A DNA stretch of 64,000 nt from Curvularia clavata (Eukaryota). The notes below the pieces were generated by a model. It searched no databases. It was given only the letters and a program-made list of their open reading frames with translations, and was not told where the DNA came from. A program made the translations under genes and the position numbers. Numbering within the stretch: position 1 is the stretch's first letter; each line of letters opens with the position of its first letter. This document shows, one piece after another, positions 51,462 through 64,000 of the stretch. The stretch is from positions 1,984,001-2,048,000 of the forward strand of contig CP089274.1 of assembly GCA_023920165.1 (NCBI GenBank). Direction: 5' to 3'.

Positions 51462-53235
51462 ATGGCAGACCACAATGATCCCGCCGACATCAAGAATGCC
51501 TCCCTCAGCAGCTCCATGTCGTCTATAGGCCGCACGCCGCCGCCGCCCGCACTCAAGATGGGCTCCTCTCCAAGTCCGCACACATCTCACCGCTCGAGCT
51601 TCGCTGAGCACATGCGAGGAGCCCCCACATCACCACGCGCGTCACGTCAACCGTCTCTTACACAACAAGCACTGCAAGACCTTCTCAATAATCCACCTAC
51701 AAAGGGCAGCGACTCCAAGTTTCACGGACGCGACTGGAAGACTGTCCGTCTCCGCGAGATTATCGACCCGGAGCTGGTCAGGTTTGTCGAGTATGATACT
51801 AGTGTCGAGGATGCTACGAGTGTGAGGACCACCACTACTACTTCTATGGCTTCTTTTTGCAGGCTCTGTACTGACCTGCATAGATACTCGTAAAAAATGG
51901 CGCTCCCAACGTCGTCCTACTTCGCGAAAATGCCAACACGCGGCATGCGGTCGGGACATTTGATTATAGCGACCTGAACGCGTATCTCCTACTTGTTGTC
52001 GGTCTTGCACATCCTGAAGAACGAGACATTGCATCGTTCGATGAGCTTGCAAAGAAGGGCAGAGAAGGCAAGCCGATTCCGCTCAAGGATGTTAAAGGAA
52101 TTGGTGGCAACAAGGAGCCGTTGGTCATGCTCGACGAGACGACAGACTTGACTAAAGCGATCGAAGTGTTTGGTAGTGGTGTGCACAGGATACTTGTTAC
52201 CGAACAAGGCACACAAAATGTCGTCGGTATTCTCACTCAGCTGAGACTAGTTAAGTTCTTTTGGGAGAACCGGTCCAGCTTCCCGACCGTCGACCAACTC
52301 TACCCGCAACTGATCAAGGACTTGCATCTTGGTTCAAAGACTGTCGTGGCTATCAAGTGAGTATCCTATGGTATCTGCCAACAATGCACAGCTGACCAGG
52401 AAAACAGTGGAGACAAACCCTTGGCAACAGCACTTGAGCTTATGAATAACGAAGGCGTTTCCTCTCTCCCCATCCTGGATGCACAGAACAACGTCATTGG
52501 CAACATATCACATGTCGATGTTCGGGTAAGACAAACAACCATCTTTCTGAATACCTGAGGCTGATGTTTCTGTAGCTCCTGACGAAATCCACGTCACTCC
52601 CCTTGCTTCGCTCGTCTTGCATTCATTTCATTTCAGTCATACTGTCTGAACGGGGTGTAAACGATGGCAAAGACTCGTTCCCAGTCTTCCATGTAAACCC
52701 CTACAGCACTCTCGCACACACTGTAGCCAAATTGGTTGCTACCCGCTCACACCGCATGTGGGTTGTTGATGCACCCTCCCCTGCTTCATCAGGGCCTTCG
52801 ACTCCAGCAGTAACACCAGCAATATTGGTGCCACCTTCGCCAATCATGCCGCTACCTGGAATGGCAGGCCCAACGCCTGTGAACTCTACAGCACCCACGC
52901 ATCTTGCTGCTACAGGGACCGTTGCGCCAGCGATTTCAGCATCAGCTATCTCGGCAATGCCTGGGGCCAGTCTCTCGGGTAGACTTAGTGGAGTCATAAG
53001 CCTTACTGACATCCTCAACCTTTTCGCAAGAGCCAGTGGACTGAATCCTCATGATCCAGATGAAGTAAGACAGGCCAGACGCAGGTCAAGCTCCAGCAGC
53101 ATGAGGAAGAGCATGGACAGCTCGCGTAGTGAGAGCGTTTCAGCCATCGCAGGCAGACGCAGCAGTGTGAGCGAAAGAGAGAAGAACGGCTCAGCACCTC
53201 AGGGGCTGGGCATCTCTAGGGGTCGTGGCCCGTGA
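51462..53235 (+). CDS. SDS23: CBS-domain protein Sds23/Sds24; 3 introns
   Basis: [102 protein letters not shown]. Confidence 0.92.
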
Positions 53236-56200
53236 TCCAGGGTAGCATTGGACTGGAGGAGCTTATTTCTTTTTTCATAAGCATGTTTCCGTTTTTACAC
53301 TTAGAATCAGGAATAATAGGCGTTGTCTACTTATCATCTACCGGCAAGCCATGGGCGACGAAAGGCGGGTATCGTGGAATATGGCAACCATCACACTCCT
53401 TTTTTATTCTAATGAGTACGGCGTTGAGCGTTCTTTAGGCCAGTGGGGAGAGGTGCAGAAAATTTATACATAGTCTTTAGTTGTGTGTAGAAGAAAAGAG
53501 CTGCATAATATCATGTGCATGTTTTTTCTTTTATCAGACCTGGATGATGTCGAGTCATACATGCATTTATATGATAATATACCTAAAGAATAGTACTACT
53601 TCGCAAGATTGAAATGGACAGGGGGGGCTCCGCACCTCCTATTGTTGAGATGCAAGACGATCATGATATTGCTGGTCATTAGAAGGGAGTGGAAAGTGAG
53701 TGAGGAGCCAGCAAAGCACCAGGTCAACTTTGCCAACAACATGGCGGTCGTTAACCACACTATCTACCACATACGACCATAGGACATCTAGATTTACGTG
53801 TCCCGTCCGATCCGCGCTATACAAGTGATGTACCGGCGGGCTAGTAGTCAGGTGGGAGACCACTGGCGAATCCCCGCTGTCGTATGTTTTTTTTTGAATT
53901 TTTTTTTGTGTCTTGTAATTTTTTGCCTAGGCAAAGTGGAGACTTGGGCATGTCGCCGATTTTGCTACCATGAAACCAAGTTTCCAGCATGGGAAATGCA
54001 TATCAGGATAACAATGGAGAAAGGTTCAAGAGTCCGCCAATCAATGACGGTGAGACGCAGTTGTCATAGTCAGACATTCATTCCGATAACGCGAGATATG
54101 TAGTATCTGGGCGGGTAGGAAAGGCGATGTAAACACTCCAATAAGGTGCTAGCGATTAGATGACCCAGTAATATGTAGTATATGCAGATCCCGCAGCTTG
54201 CGTAATACATACACAACCACTCGTTGGGTAAATAAGCCAACCACTTGTTCGGTGTATATCTCGCTTGGTATTGTAGTATGACCAGGGATCGTGGTATATG
54301 TATTCCAAGTCACGTGGACAACACCGGCAGCGCGTCTGAAGGGACATGATTTGTCGCCTAGTTATCTGCATAATTTTAAGAAAGGGTGGGCGAGGCAGAG
54401 GTATCGGAGATGGTGGCCTAGAATGGTATGTACATGTGAAAGGGGAGGTTGTCGTGGGATATGCTGGCGGAAGGGATGTTCCTTGCACGTCGAGCGTTGG
54501 CTGAGGGGATTTCCGTCTTTCGTTGAAAGAGGGTCCTCTTGTGGCTGTCCGGAGATAAGGGGAGTACGCGGCAAGTGACATGCCATCAGATGTCCTGCTG
54601 TACATCAATTGTGCAGAGCTATTTTTCTTTCCGGTACAATCGGATCTTTGCGCGGGCGGGCTTCGCCTGTGCGGTTAGCTAGTTCATGGCGACGAGAAAA
54701 AGCAAAGCACACTGATGGCAGGCAGGCAGCGGAGAAAGGCAAAAGAAGAAAGCCTTTTTTATGCAGGAGAGCGGATGGCATGTCCAAGGTGTCTCAGGCT
54801 ATGCACGCCTCTTGCTGCAGAACCTGCAAGCCTCGCTGGGGAAATTGGAATTGTTGTCTGTCTCGCTTCTCGTCTTTTGTGACTGCAGAGCGTCGGTACA
54901 CCTGTCGTAGTAGCCGTGTGTACCTAGTGGACGTCGCGCGATTCAGATGGATGCTCGGCTTGTGGTGCAGGCACATGTCGGTCGAGACTCTAGTATCGGC
55001 ACGTTCGGCCTGTTACGGCGCGCTGTGGCTGCTCGAATGTCTTGGGGGAGTCCTGGCGTCGCTTGTACGGACCAACTCACCATCTTTCAGCTGGTATTGT
55101 ACCGGAAATGCGCGAGAGTGTGAGTATGAGTGTGGCGGTTTTCGTGTGACGGGAATCTGTCACATACTCGGGCCCTTCCTTAGCGAACAACTGAACTGTG
55201 CTTCTAAGGGGTGTAGCAAGGTTGTTTCCTTATTCGCCGCCGCTTAATACCTGCATCATGCCACTCTGTCACCGTCATAGCACACATCAGCATGTCGAGG
55301 TGGGAGGGAAGAGAAAGGGGGACAACATGCACACACCATGCAGGTGACACAGTTGGGGAACGATTATAGGCAGGATGATGCTTACAACATGTGTACACAT
55401 ACAAGGTTCTGTGGTATAGGGATTTTATACATTGTCATAGCGTTTTTTGACAGGGATGCAATAGGGCCTTTACAGAATTTGATTTCTCCAATACTGTTGT
55501 GGAATCACGGAATGTATGGAGATTTCTACCCGCCAGGTCTGAGTGATGTTGGAATGCTTGCTGAGTTATGCTTCTCAGCGTACCACGTGCATCTTCATGC
55601 GCATATCGCGGTTGAAGATGAAGCGTTTCTTGCAACCACTTTCGACGATGGCCGTTCAGAAAGATCGTCTGGTTCAAAAGAACCCCATCAATGACCCTGC
55701 ATGTATTTGGCACCACGGAGACATATATCTGCACGTTGTTGAGCAATAAGCAAGTACTAGATGCCGTAGATATTGCTTTTTTGCGCTCAAATTAACTCTG
55801 TATTCCATACTACTTGGAGGCCAAGCCAGGCATTTTTCATTGCAACTTCCGATGCGGCGTTGTGAATCCCCGGTACTGAGTTATTTGGTCTTCAAGTTGT
55901 TTCCTTTTCCTCGTGTTGTTAAATTTAGGATCTACGCACATAGAACACAACCTGTGTCAGTGAATTTGAGTAGTGAGAAGACCGCGTAAAGCATAGCAAG
56001 GGTCAGTCTAGGTTTGGAAACATGCCGTTTTTCAAACCGAACAGCGGTACCCCGCCATGGCCTAGCGGGCACGTCTCCAATGGAAATATTGAAGTTGGTG
56101 TTGGTGTTGTACTGTGCCAATAGTCGCCATGGAGATTGTCCTCAGATTCCGGCGCGGACCCGGTTCACTTAGCAGCTCGGCGCCTTTTTGGCCGCAGCGC

Positions 56201-57285
56201 CGGGAATCGAGACCTCCTATTCACATCATGCTACCGAGTACTAGTAGTATCTTGAGTGCTGGTCGTTCTTGTCGAATATCGGTTATTGGCAAGCCAAGGG
56301 GCGGCGGTCTGGTGGATTCTGGACGTGATGTGAAATACTGCAGAGGAAAAGCGACAAATCGGGACAGGCTATGTCGACACCGCTCAAAAGTTACCCATTG
56401 CGTGCGGCCGAGATGCCTGTCCAACCCTTGCGGTGTTCTGCCGGGGGTGCCAGGAGACTATGCGCCCTGTCGGCTTGGCTGCTCACTCGCTCGCTCACAA
56501 CGGCATGGTATTTGCAAGTGCTGGTAGGTAGCGGGTCAAGGCTTGCATCCTACCAAGCCGTGTTTGACTCGCGGCCGCAACAAAGTCCATCATGGCCGTC
56601 GGTAGGCCGCCAGGGATGCCATGACAAGGTTTGGATCGCCTGCACCTCCATCTCAAAAGTTGTTAGCCGGCCTGGCCTCGTGCGTCGGAACTACTCTGGG
56701 CTCGGCGGCCCTCAGTTGCTACTACCATTCTGGACGCGTTCCACCACCCGTGTCTCTTTTATCTCACCCTCGAACCTTCTCCCGTCCGAATCCCCGTTCT
56801 CTTTGCCAGGAACTGCTTCGATCCCGCGCCGACGCCATTCCATTGCGTGCCCTAGTCCCCAGGAATTGCTAGTGCCTGCGCGTGGCTGTTTCCGCCTGCA
56901 TCGTGCAACACCACAAGAACATCGACCGTTTGGCCCCCCTGAAGCCCCCCCGCAACCTTCAGCGTAAACTTAGTTTAGACCGGCTGTTTGCTGCGCGTGT
57001 CATGCCATTGCGAGACGCCCCGAGCTGCCCCTAGCATTCTGTGCAGGCCTTGCATCGTAGGTGGACGAAGACGACGACGACGACCAACGGCAGCACCCTC
57101 GCTCCATTCCGCCACTGAGGTCTCATTCCATCTGAGCCGAGCCACCTGCTGCCACGCCAAGTGCCTCAAGGTTTCCTGTCTGCTGGGCCATCGACTTGCC
57201 AGGGCACCCCGGAGTATGCTCCATTGCTATACAGTGGAAAGTTGACTCTACGGCCGACTTCTTCGCCTCGTCGCATCCAGCAGAC

Positions 57286-60200
57286 ATGGCCGAACATCCT
57301 CACCTCGACGGCACACCTTCCACGCCTCCAGGTCCCTTGCGGACATACCGACCGAGCAAGTCAATGAGGGCGCTCAACACCAATCAGCCCAAGCAGGAGA
57401 CCTTCTTCGACGATGCTACCCCAGTCGACCGCCTGAGCGACAACGCGAGGCACAACCCTATGCGCGACTCCCACGACCTCTCCTTCGCCGAGGCTGGTGT
57501 CCGGGACTCAGTTGTAGACAACATGCTGCTTTCGCTCGACCAATTCTCCTCAGGCAATCTCTTCGGCGGTAGCTCAGGCCCCCGATACCAAAACTACGGT
57601 GAAGACGACTACTTCCTCAAGGACACGTCCTTTCGACCACCTGGTGCGCGCCACCGAGGCCACACGTACACATCGTCGCGCTCTTCCGACTACGATGTGA
57701 ACCCCGACGACCACTCCCGATATACTGCACAGCATTCTCGCGCGCGCCGTAGCAACAGCAGCAACAATATCAACATGCCCCTTTCCCGAAAAGGGAGCAC
57801 CAGAGACGTGCATTCGAGCAGACAAATGAACGGGTCATATGGGCAGCTTGGGCATTTGAGAGGAGGCAATAAAAAGGGCAGCATGGGTAGCGGCTCCTCC
57901 AGCATGGACTTCGGCCAGTCTGGTGTCTTGGGTAATCAGCGTCTTGGGTTTGGAAAGCGCTCTGCAAGTTTTGACCATAGCAATGCAAGCGATCGAGGGC
58001 GCATCTCACCCTTCAAAGTTGAGTCGGTCTTGGACAGGGGCAGAATGGCCTATCAGAATTACCACGACGATTACGACGCTGCACCTGAACCAACCATTCC
58101 AGCCGGCCCTCGAAGGGTTCAGGAAGCCCCTCAGTCGCCGCTAGCACTTCCTCCGCAGCCCTCATACGTAGCACCACAAGCCTCTAGGCCTGGTCGCAGA
58201 GGTAGCGTCCACTCAAACACTAGTTACAAGACCTTGCGGAAAAACAAAAGTCAGCCCGGGCCAAGCATGCGAGCACAGGCAGAGGAGTTCGTCAACGCCA
58301 GCAGATTACGGGAACTTCCCCCAGTACCGTCCTGGCAGGATTCATCAGCTCCATCATCGGGTATAGCTGCCCGTGGCCCATTGTTCTCTCCCCAGCCTCC
58401 GGCTGCCTCGAAACCTGGCTTCTTCCGCCGTGTCTTTGGCGGAGGGTCTGCAAAGCCCCAACCACAACCGACGAACGCGCCGACTCTAACAAACGCATCA
58501 CCAGCAGAGCCAACATCAGCTCCCAGCAAGCCGCAAGCCGCAGATGTCAACTCGATTTATTCGGCCAACCGACCGCGCACGACACCGAACACCAGCAGCC
58601 AACCTCCCACACATACAAAGACCTCAACGAAGGCTCCCCAAACCGCGTCCTCATCGCACGGAGAGACACACCAGCCCTCCCAACCACCTACACTAGGCAA
58701 AAAGCCATCGTCCTTCTTCAGACGTCGGAAGAAGTCTGTGTCTGAAAACACAAAACCCCCAGCCATGCGTCTTGAACATTCTCCACCACCGAGACCCGTG
58801 CTACCTGCCCAGCCTAGTCCGGGTGTCAGCAGTTTACGCAAGGTCATGAACCCATACCTCAATGACTCGGGACGTGCCGTCGACAGAAACCCGAGAGATG
58901 AGCCGACCGGGGATGACGTCGCAGACGGGGAGCGAGCACAAGGCTTCTCCCCTAGCTACAAGCCTCACAAGGATGCAACGGTCCGTACAGTGAATGCAGA
59001 ATCCCAGGGCAACGATCGCACACCGCCGGTATCTCGTCACGAACAATTAAGAACGTCTCACTTGAATAGCACAAACAGCCCTAAGCTGAAACTGAAAATG
59101 AAACACGGCAAATCAACAATCCCAGCTCCCCAAGAGGACAGCTTCCTTGCGGATAGCAGCAGTTGTAATGAAGATCAAAGTGGGCGTGCGACACCGACGG
59201 GCGAATACAGTAGTGCAGACGATGTGCACAAACCAAGCACAGGCCCCACCTGGTCGTTGCCCAAGCAGAAGGATGCAAAGAGCAAGCCGTCGGACGATCA
59301 GCAACCCGACCGATTACTACCCTACGAGAACCCGGCATCAAGAAATGGATCAGTTTCACGTTCCATTTCCGAAGTGGACGACGACAGCTGGGTCATTACC
59401 GAGTCATCAGACGTCGTCCATTCATCTGGTAAAAGGAGCGCGGCTTCCAAGCGGGTGTGGCTCGACACCACTGCTCCGGACGCTCTCGGTGATACTACTG
59501 ATGACCTGAAACTTCCCTTGGAGGGTACACGCTCATCTCAGCTCTCACTTGACAAGTCATTACCCGTCTCCCCGGCGACACATACACCAACTTCACCTAA
59601 TGAGGTCTACCATTCTGCAACTGAGTTGCCTATAGTACAGGTAGAAAGCCGAGATTCCGAATCCGATGCCATGCCATCAGTTGTCGAAGACAGATCGATG
59701 CATAGCGAACCCACTGATGCCGAGCGTCAGCGAGCTTTCCAAATTTACAACGGAGATGATTCTTCTGGGTTGAAAGCCCAGGCCGCGGCTATGTTGGGCG
59801 ATGTAACCCTTTCAAGCACCCGAACCCGAAAAGCCTTTATGGACCTATTTGATTGGACTGGCTTCAACATTCTCGCTGCCATGCGTGATCTCTGCAGCAA
59901 GATCATCCTAAAGGCCGAAACCCAGCAAGTTGACCGTATCCTCATGAGTCTCTCAGAGCGTTGGTGTGAATGCAACAGCAATCACGGGTTCAAAGCAGTT
60001 GGTAAGTTGCTCGTGTACCATATCCAAACGAATACACAGTACTAACCCCGACCTCAGATGTGGTGCATACCATTTGCTACTCCATCTTGCTTCTGAACAC
60101 GGATCTGCACCTGGCCGATATCGAATCAAGGATGACTCGTAGCCAGTTTGTCCGCAATACACTTCCTACCGTCATACGTGTGTGCCAAGACGCGGTCAAG

Positions 60201-62128
60201 GCTGCAGGTGAGGAGACGCTGAGGCCGACATCGACCCATTTCCGCAGGCCTTCCCTACCTTGGAACGATCGATCAGAGCCAAACTCTCCTGGCCCCGAGG
60301 TGACCAACTTCACTGGCGATGGAACTGAAGAGTCTACCGATGCTCGGAAGACGCGCAGTCGTCTTTCTATTCGGCCGCCTGCCAGGAGCGGCTCAGAAGG
60401 ACTACCTTCCTCCGACAACTCGGCATCAGAGTGCAATACGCTTGTCAACTCACCCTACAACGGGCCCATGAAAGGCTGGGAAATGCAGATCGAGACAGTG
60501 CTCAAGGAATTTTACGACTCTATTCGCAAACAGCGGCTACCGCTGCACGGATCCTCGGAACCTGTTATTCACCACCAGCCATCATCCAACAATCTCTCGG
60601 TTGCTAACATGCTACGCCGGACCCCAAGTGTGCTTAGCAAGGCACCCTCAGATAATACCAGCTACCGAGGCCGGTCACAGAACGATTTGCGCAGTGCGGG
60701 CAATCGCTGGGCTTCTAAGAATCGCTCAAAGCAAAGGCTATATCCTTCATCTACTGTAGCGTCTAGCCGAACCAGTTTGGACGATCAATCTGTATGGAGT
60801 CCCGCTGGTTCCAGCACTTGGAGTCGGTACTCGTACGGCAAAACGGGCACGTCCATGTCAGTGGATTCATTTGGTTCCCACTTTGCGACTGGCGACTACC
60901 AACAAGCAATCGGTTTTGCCAATGCTCTCAGCCAGGCCATCATTCGTGAAGAAGGCATGACCATTGCCAGCGATGAAGAATTTTCCCGCGTCGCCCCGCT
61001 CTTGGAAGACGAAACACTCGAGCTTGTCGGAGCGCCATGGGCGAAGGAAGGCATTCTTAAGCACAAGCGACATCTGGAAGCAGTGGGTAGGAAGGCCAAA
61101 GACCGCACTTGGAATGAGTGTTTCGCTGTGGTTGAGAAGGGCTGCATGCGTCTGTTTTCTTTCAGCATGAACTCCAAAGCAGCAAAACAGAAGAGCAAAG
61201 CGAAATCATCAACTGGTGGTGTTGTAGGTGGTGGTAACTGGATGGACAACGCTGAGGCTCTTGATAGCTTCCAGCTTCGACAGACGATTGCGAGTGCACT
61301 ACCACCTCCTGGGTACTCCAAGACCCGACCGCACGTTTTCGCTCTCTCACTGCCCAACGGTGCTGTGCATCTGTTTCAGGTTGGAACACCTGATATCTGC
61401 AGAGAGTTTGTGTGCACTGTCAACTATTGGTCTGCGCGTCTCTCCAAAGAGCCCCTAACAGGAGGTGTGAGCAGTATGGAGTATGGTTGGGGCGAAAACG
61501 TCATCAACCCAGCGTTGATCCGACAAGATAGCACGCCATCTGTGCAAGGTCATATGCCTCGTCCAAGTGTCACCAGCTCCCTTCGCAGTTCGATGGATCA
61601 TGCTACTGGCGCACCTAAACCCAGGCTTCCTGGCGACAAGGTTGTTCTTTCTGACTGGAGCCCACCAGCATCCAGCATGATGGCTAGCACTCTTATGGAG
61701 GTCGACCAGCTCAGGGCTTTGACCGACTACGTCAAGAACATCGAGAACGAGCTCTCCCACCACAATGAATTGAGGGCGCCTTTGCTCATAGCAGTAAGTT
61801 TGGAAATTACTCTGTATTCAGAAGCAACTGCTAATACGACCAGTTCTCACCTCGCCACCCCAATGCTGCAAAGGCCATGGCCAACTGGGAGCGCAAGTCG
61901 CAGTACCTTCTCCGGGAAATCGTCAAGTTCCGAACGTACATCGACACGTTGGCCAATGCTCAGGCCCAGAAGCAGAAGATTTATGCCGAGCGCGAGGCTC
62001 GCGAAGCAGAGTTAGGCGAGGCGAACCAGGATGAGGAGTCGGGTGCAAAAGTCAATGAGGACGATGGTGCGAACGAAGCTTCCAAGCCTTGTCCACCAGA
62101 GCCTACACCGACCCCTGCCTTGTCTTAG
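57286..62128 (+). CDS. SYT1: Sec7 + PH domain Arf guanine-nucleotide exchange factor (Syt1-like); introns 60002-60057 and 61793-61843
   Basis: Sec7 motifs LKAETQQVDRIL and HTICYSILLLNTDLH; PH domain GAPWAKEGIL...ALPPPGYSKTRPHVFALSLP...NYWSARLSKEPL; C-terminal ANWERKSQYLLREIVKF. Start codon uncertain because an acceptor-like CAGCAG lies just upstream. Confidence 0.9.
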
Positions 62129-62714
62129 CCCTCGTCCATTTTCCATACATAATGTCCACTACCACTTGGTTTTGCGTATACTGACGATTTTTTATTTTCA
62201 CGAACAGTTACCCCTTTAAGGCACACGATACGGCGTTTGCGATTGCTTCATTCATCGAACCCTATTTCGAGACAGCAGCGCCCGCATTCGATATCTTGAA
62301 GGCCCACCACCTTAATGTAATATATGTACGATCTTGTACGTTTGGACATGTTCAGCATTTGTTTCGTTCTTCTTTCTTTCTTACTCTTCTTCTTTTCACT
62401 TTTTTTTCGTTTTTACTTCTCTTTTTGAATGATTGCGTACAATGGGGCGAGTGCTATTAGAATTGGGACAGCAACTCTGCCTACGGTCTTGTTTCCTTAC
62501 CTATTGAGCATCGCATCCGGCTTGGGAAAGTTGGTGCATATAGGATATTGTTTTCATCTTGTTCGCGTTGTTTTCTTTGAGCGTTCAATTTTTGAAGAGC
62601 GGATTGCGAAGACGAGCTGAGAGAAACACTTTGTTCGAATACTATATACCCCAACGTTCGAGACACATACAATTCACAAACATTGCTCGCGCCTGACAGT
62701 CCGACCGCATGCTC

Positions 62715-63030
62715 GACCTGAATGTGATATGCTTACGACTATTCTGAGTTGTAGGGCATACTTCCCGCTTAGGGTATGAAGTCCAGCTCATTACAACTGT
62801 CGGCTATGCTAACCCTAGGCTAACGAGCAAGCTAATGTAGGTCAAACAGCGGCATTATGCATCTTAAACGACCAGTTGGTATCCGACAGAGGGGAAATAT
62901 CCCAATCAAACGCGTCCGAGCACTCGGCCCTCGCCGTTGGCGTCGAACGCGAACGCAAGCCACAAGTCGGGCTGGACCCTTTTAGCGCCGACTTTGGATG
63001 AGGTCTTTCCCAAACCAGGGCTAGGTGCAG
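62715..63030 (-). ncRNA. Candidate structured non-coding RNA, class unassigned
   Basis: Consecutive 7-9 bp helices whose non-Watson-Crick positions are G-U only on the minus strand; upstream TATA-like element and pyrimidine tract; no credible ORF. Confidence 0.45.
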
Positions 63031-64000
63031 GAGATAGGAAGGAGGCGCGGCAGGTAGGTTTGGCTGGAAGAGTGCGTGTGATTCTTTGCGTGGAAAGGAG
63101 CGGACGAAAAGGGAGAGACGGAGTCGCGTGTTGTGGTCGGATTGGGGAGAGAGGTGCATTGTGTGCGTTAGTTATGCATGCAGGTATCTATATACGGATT
63201 GGAAAAGTAACGGGGGAGGAGAGGGCGATGCGCCTGCGGGGGATTGATCTAGAATAGGGAGAAAACGGCAATATGCGAACAGAAATACACTTATGGATGT
63301 AGCGCAAGGAGGAGAAGGGAAAAAAAGGGCCGATAGAAAATGAGGGTTTTGGTAGTAGAGGGCGTGTGAATGGTGGTGACTGTGATAGAACACGAGTCGT
63401 TGTAGTTTGAAGTTAACAGTAGCAGCAGAACGACAACGCCTGGTCTGCCCATTCTCAAACGCCCAACGCACGTTTTCTCCCATTGCAATATCCTTCTTTA
63501 CCGTGTGACTCGCCTCGAGCTTGTCGGCGATGCCGTCTCGCGTAGAGGAAGCACACCCACTACTAGCCGTCTGCTCTGCCTTATGCCACGACGTCAAGCC
63601 ACAAAGAGGCTTGACAGCCGCCTAATGCACATACATACATGACGAATCCAAATTAAGCAGACCATGGCAATTGACGAATGGCGATGCGAAAGCGAGGACA
63701 GCCGCAGCACTGAGATGCAGACTTGCATACGAGAATAGACACGTAGGGTTGCGCTGAGATGAAGGCGGCTTGGAGCCAAGGGACAGCGAGTGACATAGAG
63801 GCAGTCTGACTACGCGCAGGTTACACGCGCTTGGGAAGCAGTCGTACTAGAATGACGGGACCATTCGCTCTGGCGGATCCAAGTCCGGAGAGCAAGGCGC
63901 ATGGCTGGATGGGATAGCGGCATGCAGGTCAAGTTGCATCTTGCACCAGGGAGAGGCGCCATCGACCCACTGCTACCATGCCCTGCCCTTGTGCGGCTGT

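Noticed and set aside
53240..57200. Hidden gene in the 4-kb gap between SDS23 and SYT1 (e.g. ORFs 54609-55247 and 55338-55694)
   Set aside because: No recognisable motifs, no codon bias, and only a weak GTCTGA donor; treated as UTR and promoter sequence.
667..62128. Stop-codon readthrough or cryptic peroxisomal targeting signals at gene ends
   Set aside because: No TGA-CTA context or SKL-type extension at the stop codons and intron-retention ends I examined.
62809..62817. CTAACCCTA (1.5 telomeric repeats) as a plus-strand telomerase template
   Set aside because: A 9-mer in any permutation is expected by chance in 64 kb, the surrounding G-U pairs favour the minus strand, and no U-rich pseudoknot follows.

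Overview
Gene-dense, intron-containing fungal chromosome segment. The short GT-AG introns with CTAAC/CTGAC branch sites and the gene content point to a filamentous ascomycete, probably a Dothideomycete (inference). I can reconstruct 17 protein genes: an AA9 lytic polysaccharide monooxygenase, SLM1-like BAR-PH protein, WSC cell-wall sensor, an uncharacterised helical protein, FluG, a GH72+X8 Gas/Gel glucanosyltransferase head-to-head with the beta-1,3-glucan synthase FKS1, LCB1, CHO1, a zincin+jacalin metalloprotease, a Whi5/Stb1-like regulator, a four-TM membrane protein, GAR1, threonyl-tRNA synthetase, a hypothetical protein, SDS23 and a Sec7-PH Arf-GEF (SYT1-like). I found no tRNA, rRNA, CRISPR array or recognisable transposon. 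The most intriguing unexplained signal is a ~300-nt minus-strand element at about 62715-63030 with no credible ORF. It is tiled by helices, has a possible long-range pseudoknot and lies downstream of a TATA-like element and pyrimidine tract, so it is a candidate structured ncRNA I could not assign to a known class. Second is a neighbourhood of cell-wall and plasma-membrane lipid homeostasis genes carrying candidate Crz1 and UAS-INO-like sites. All calls are by eye; no database searches or folding programs were run.
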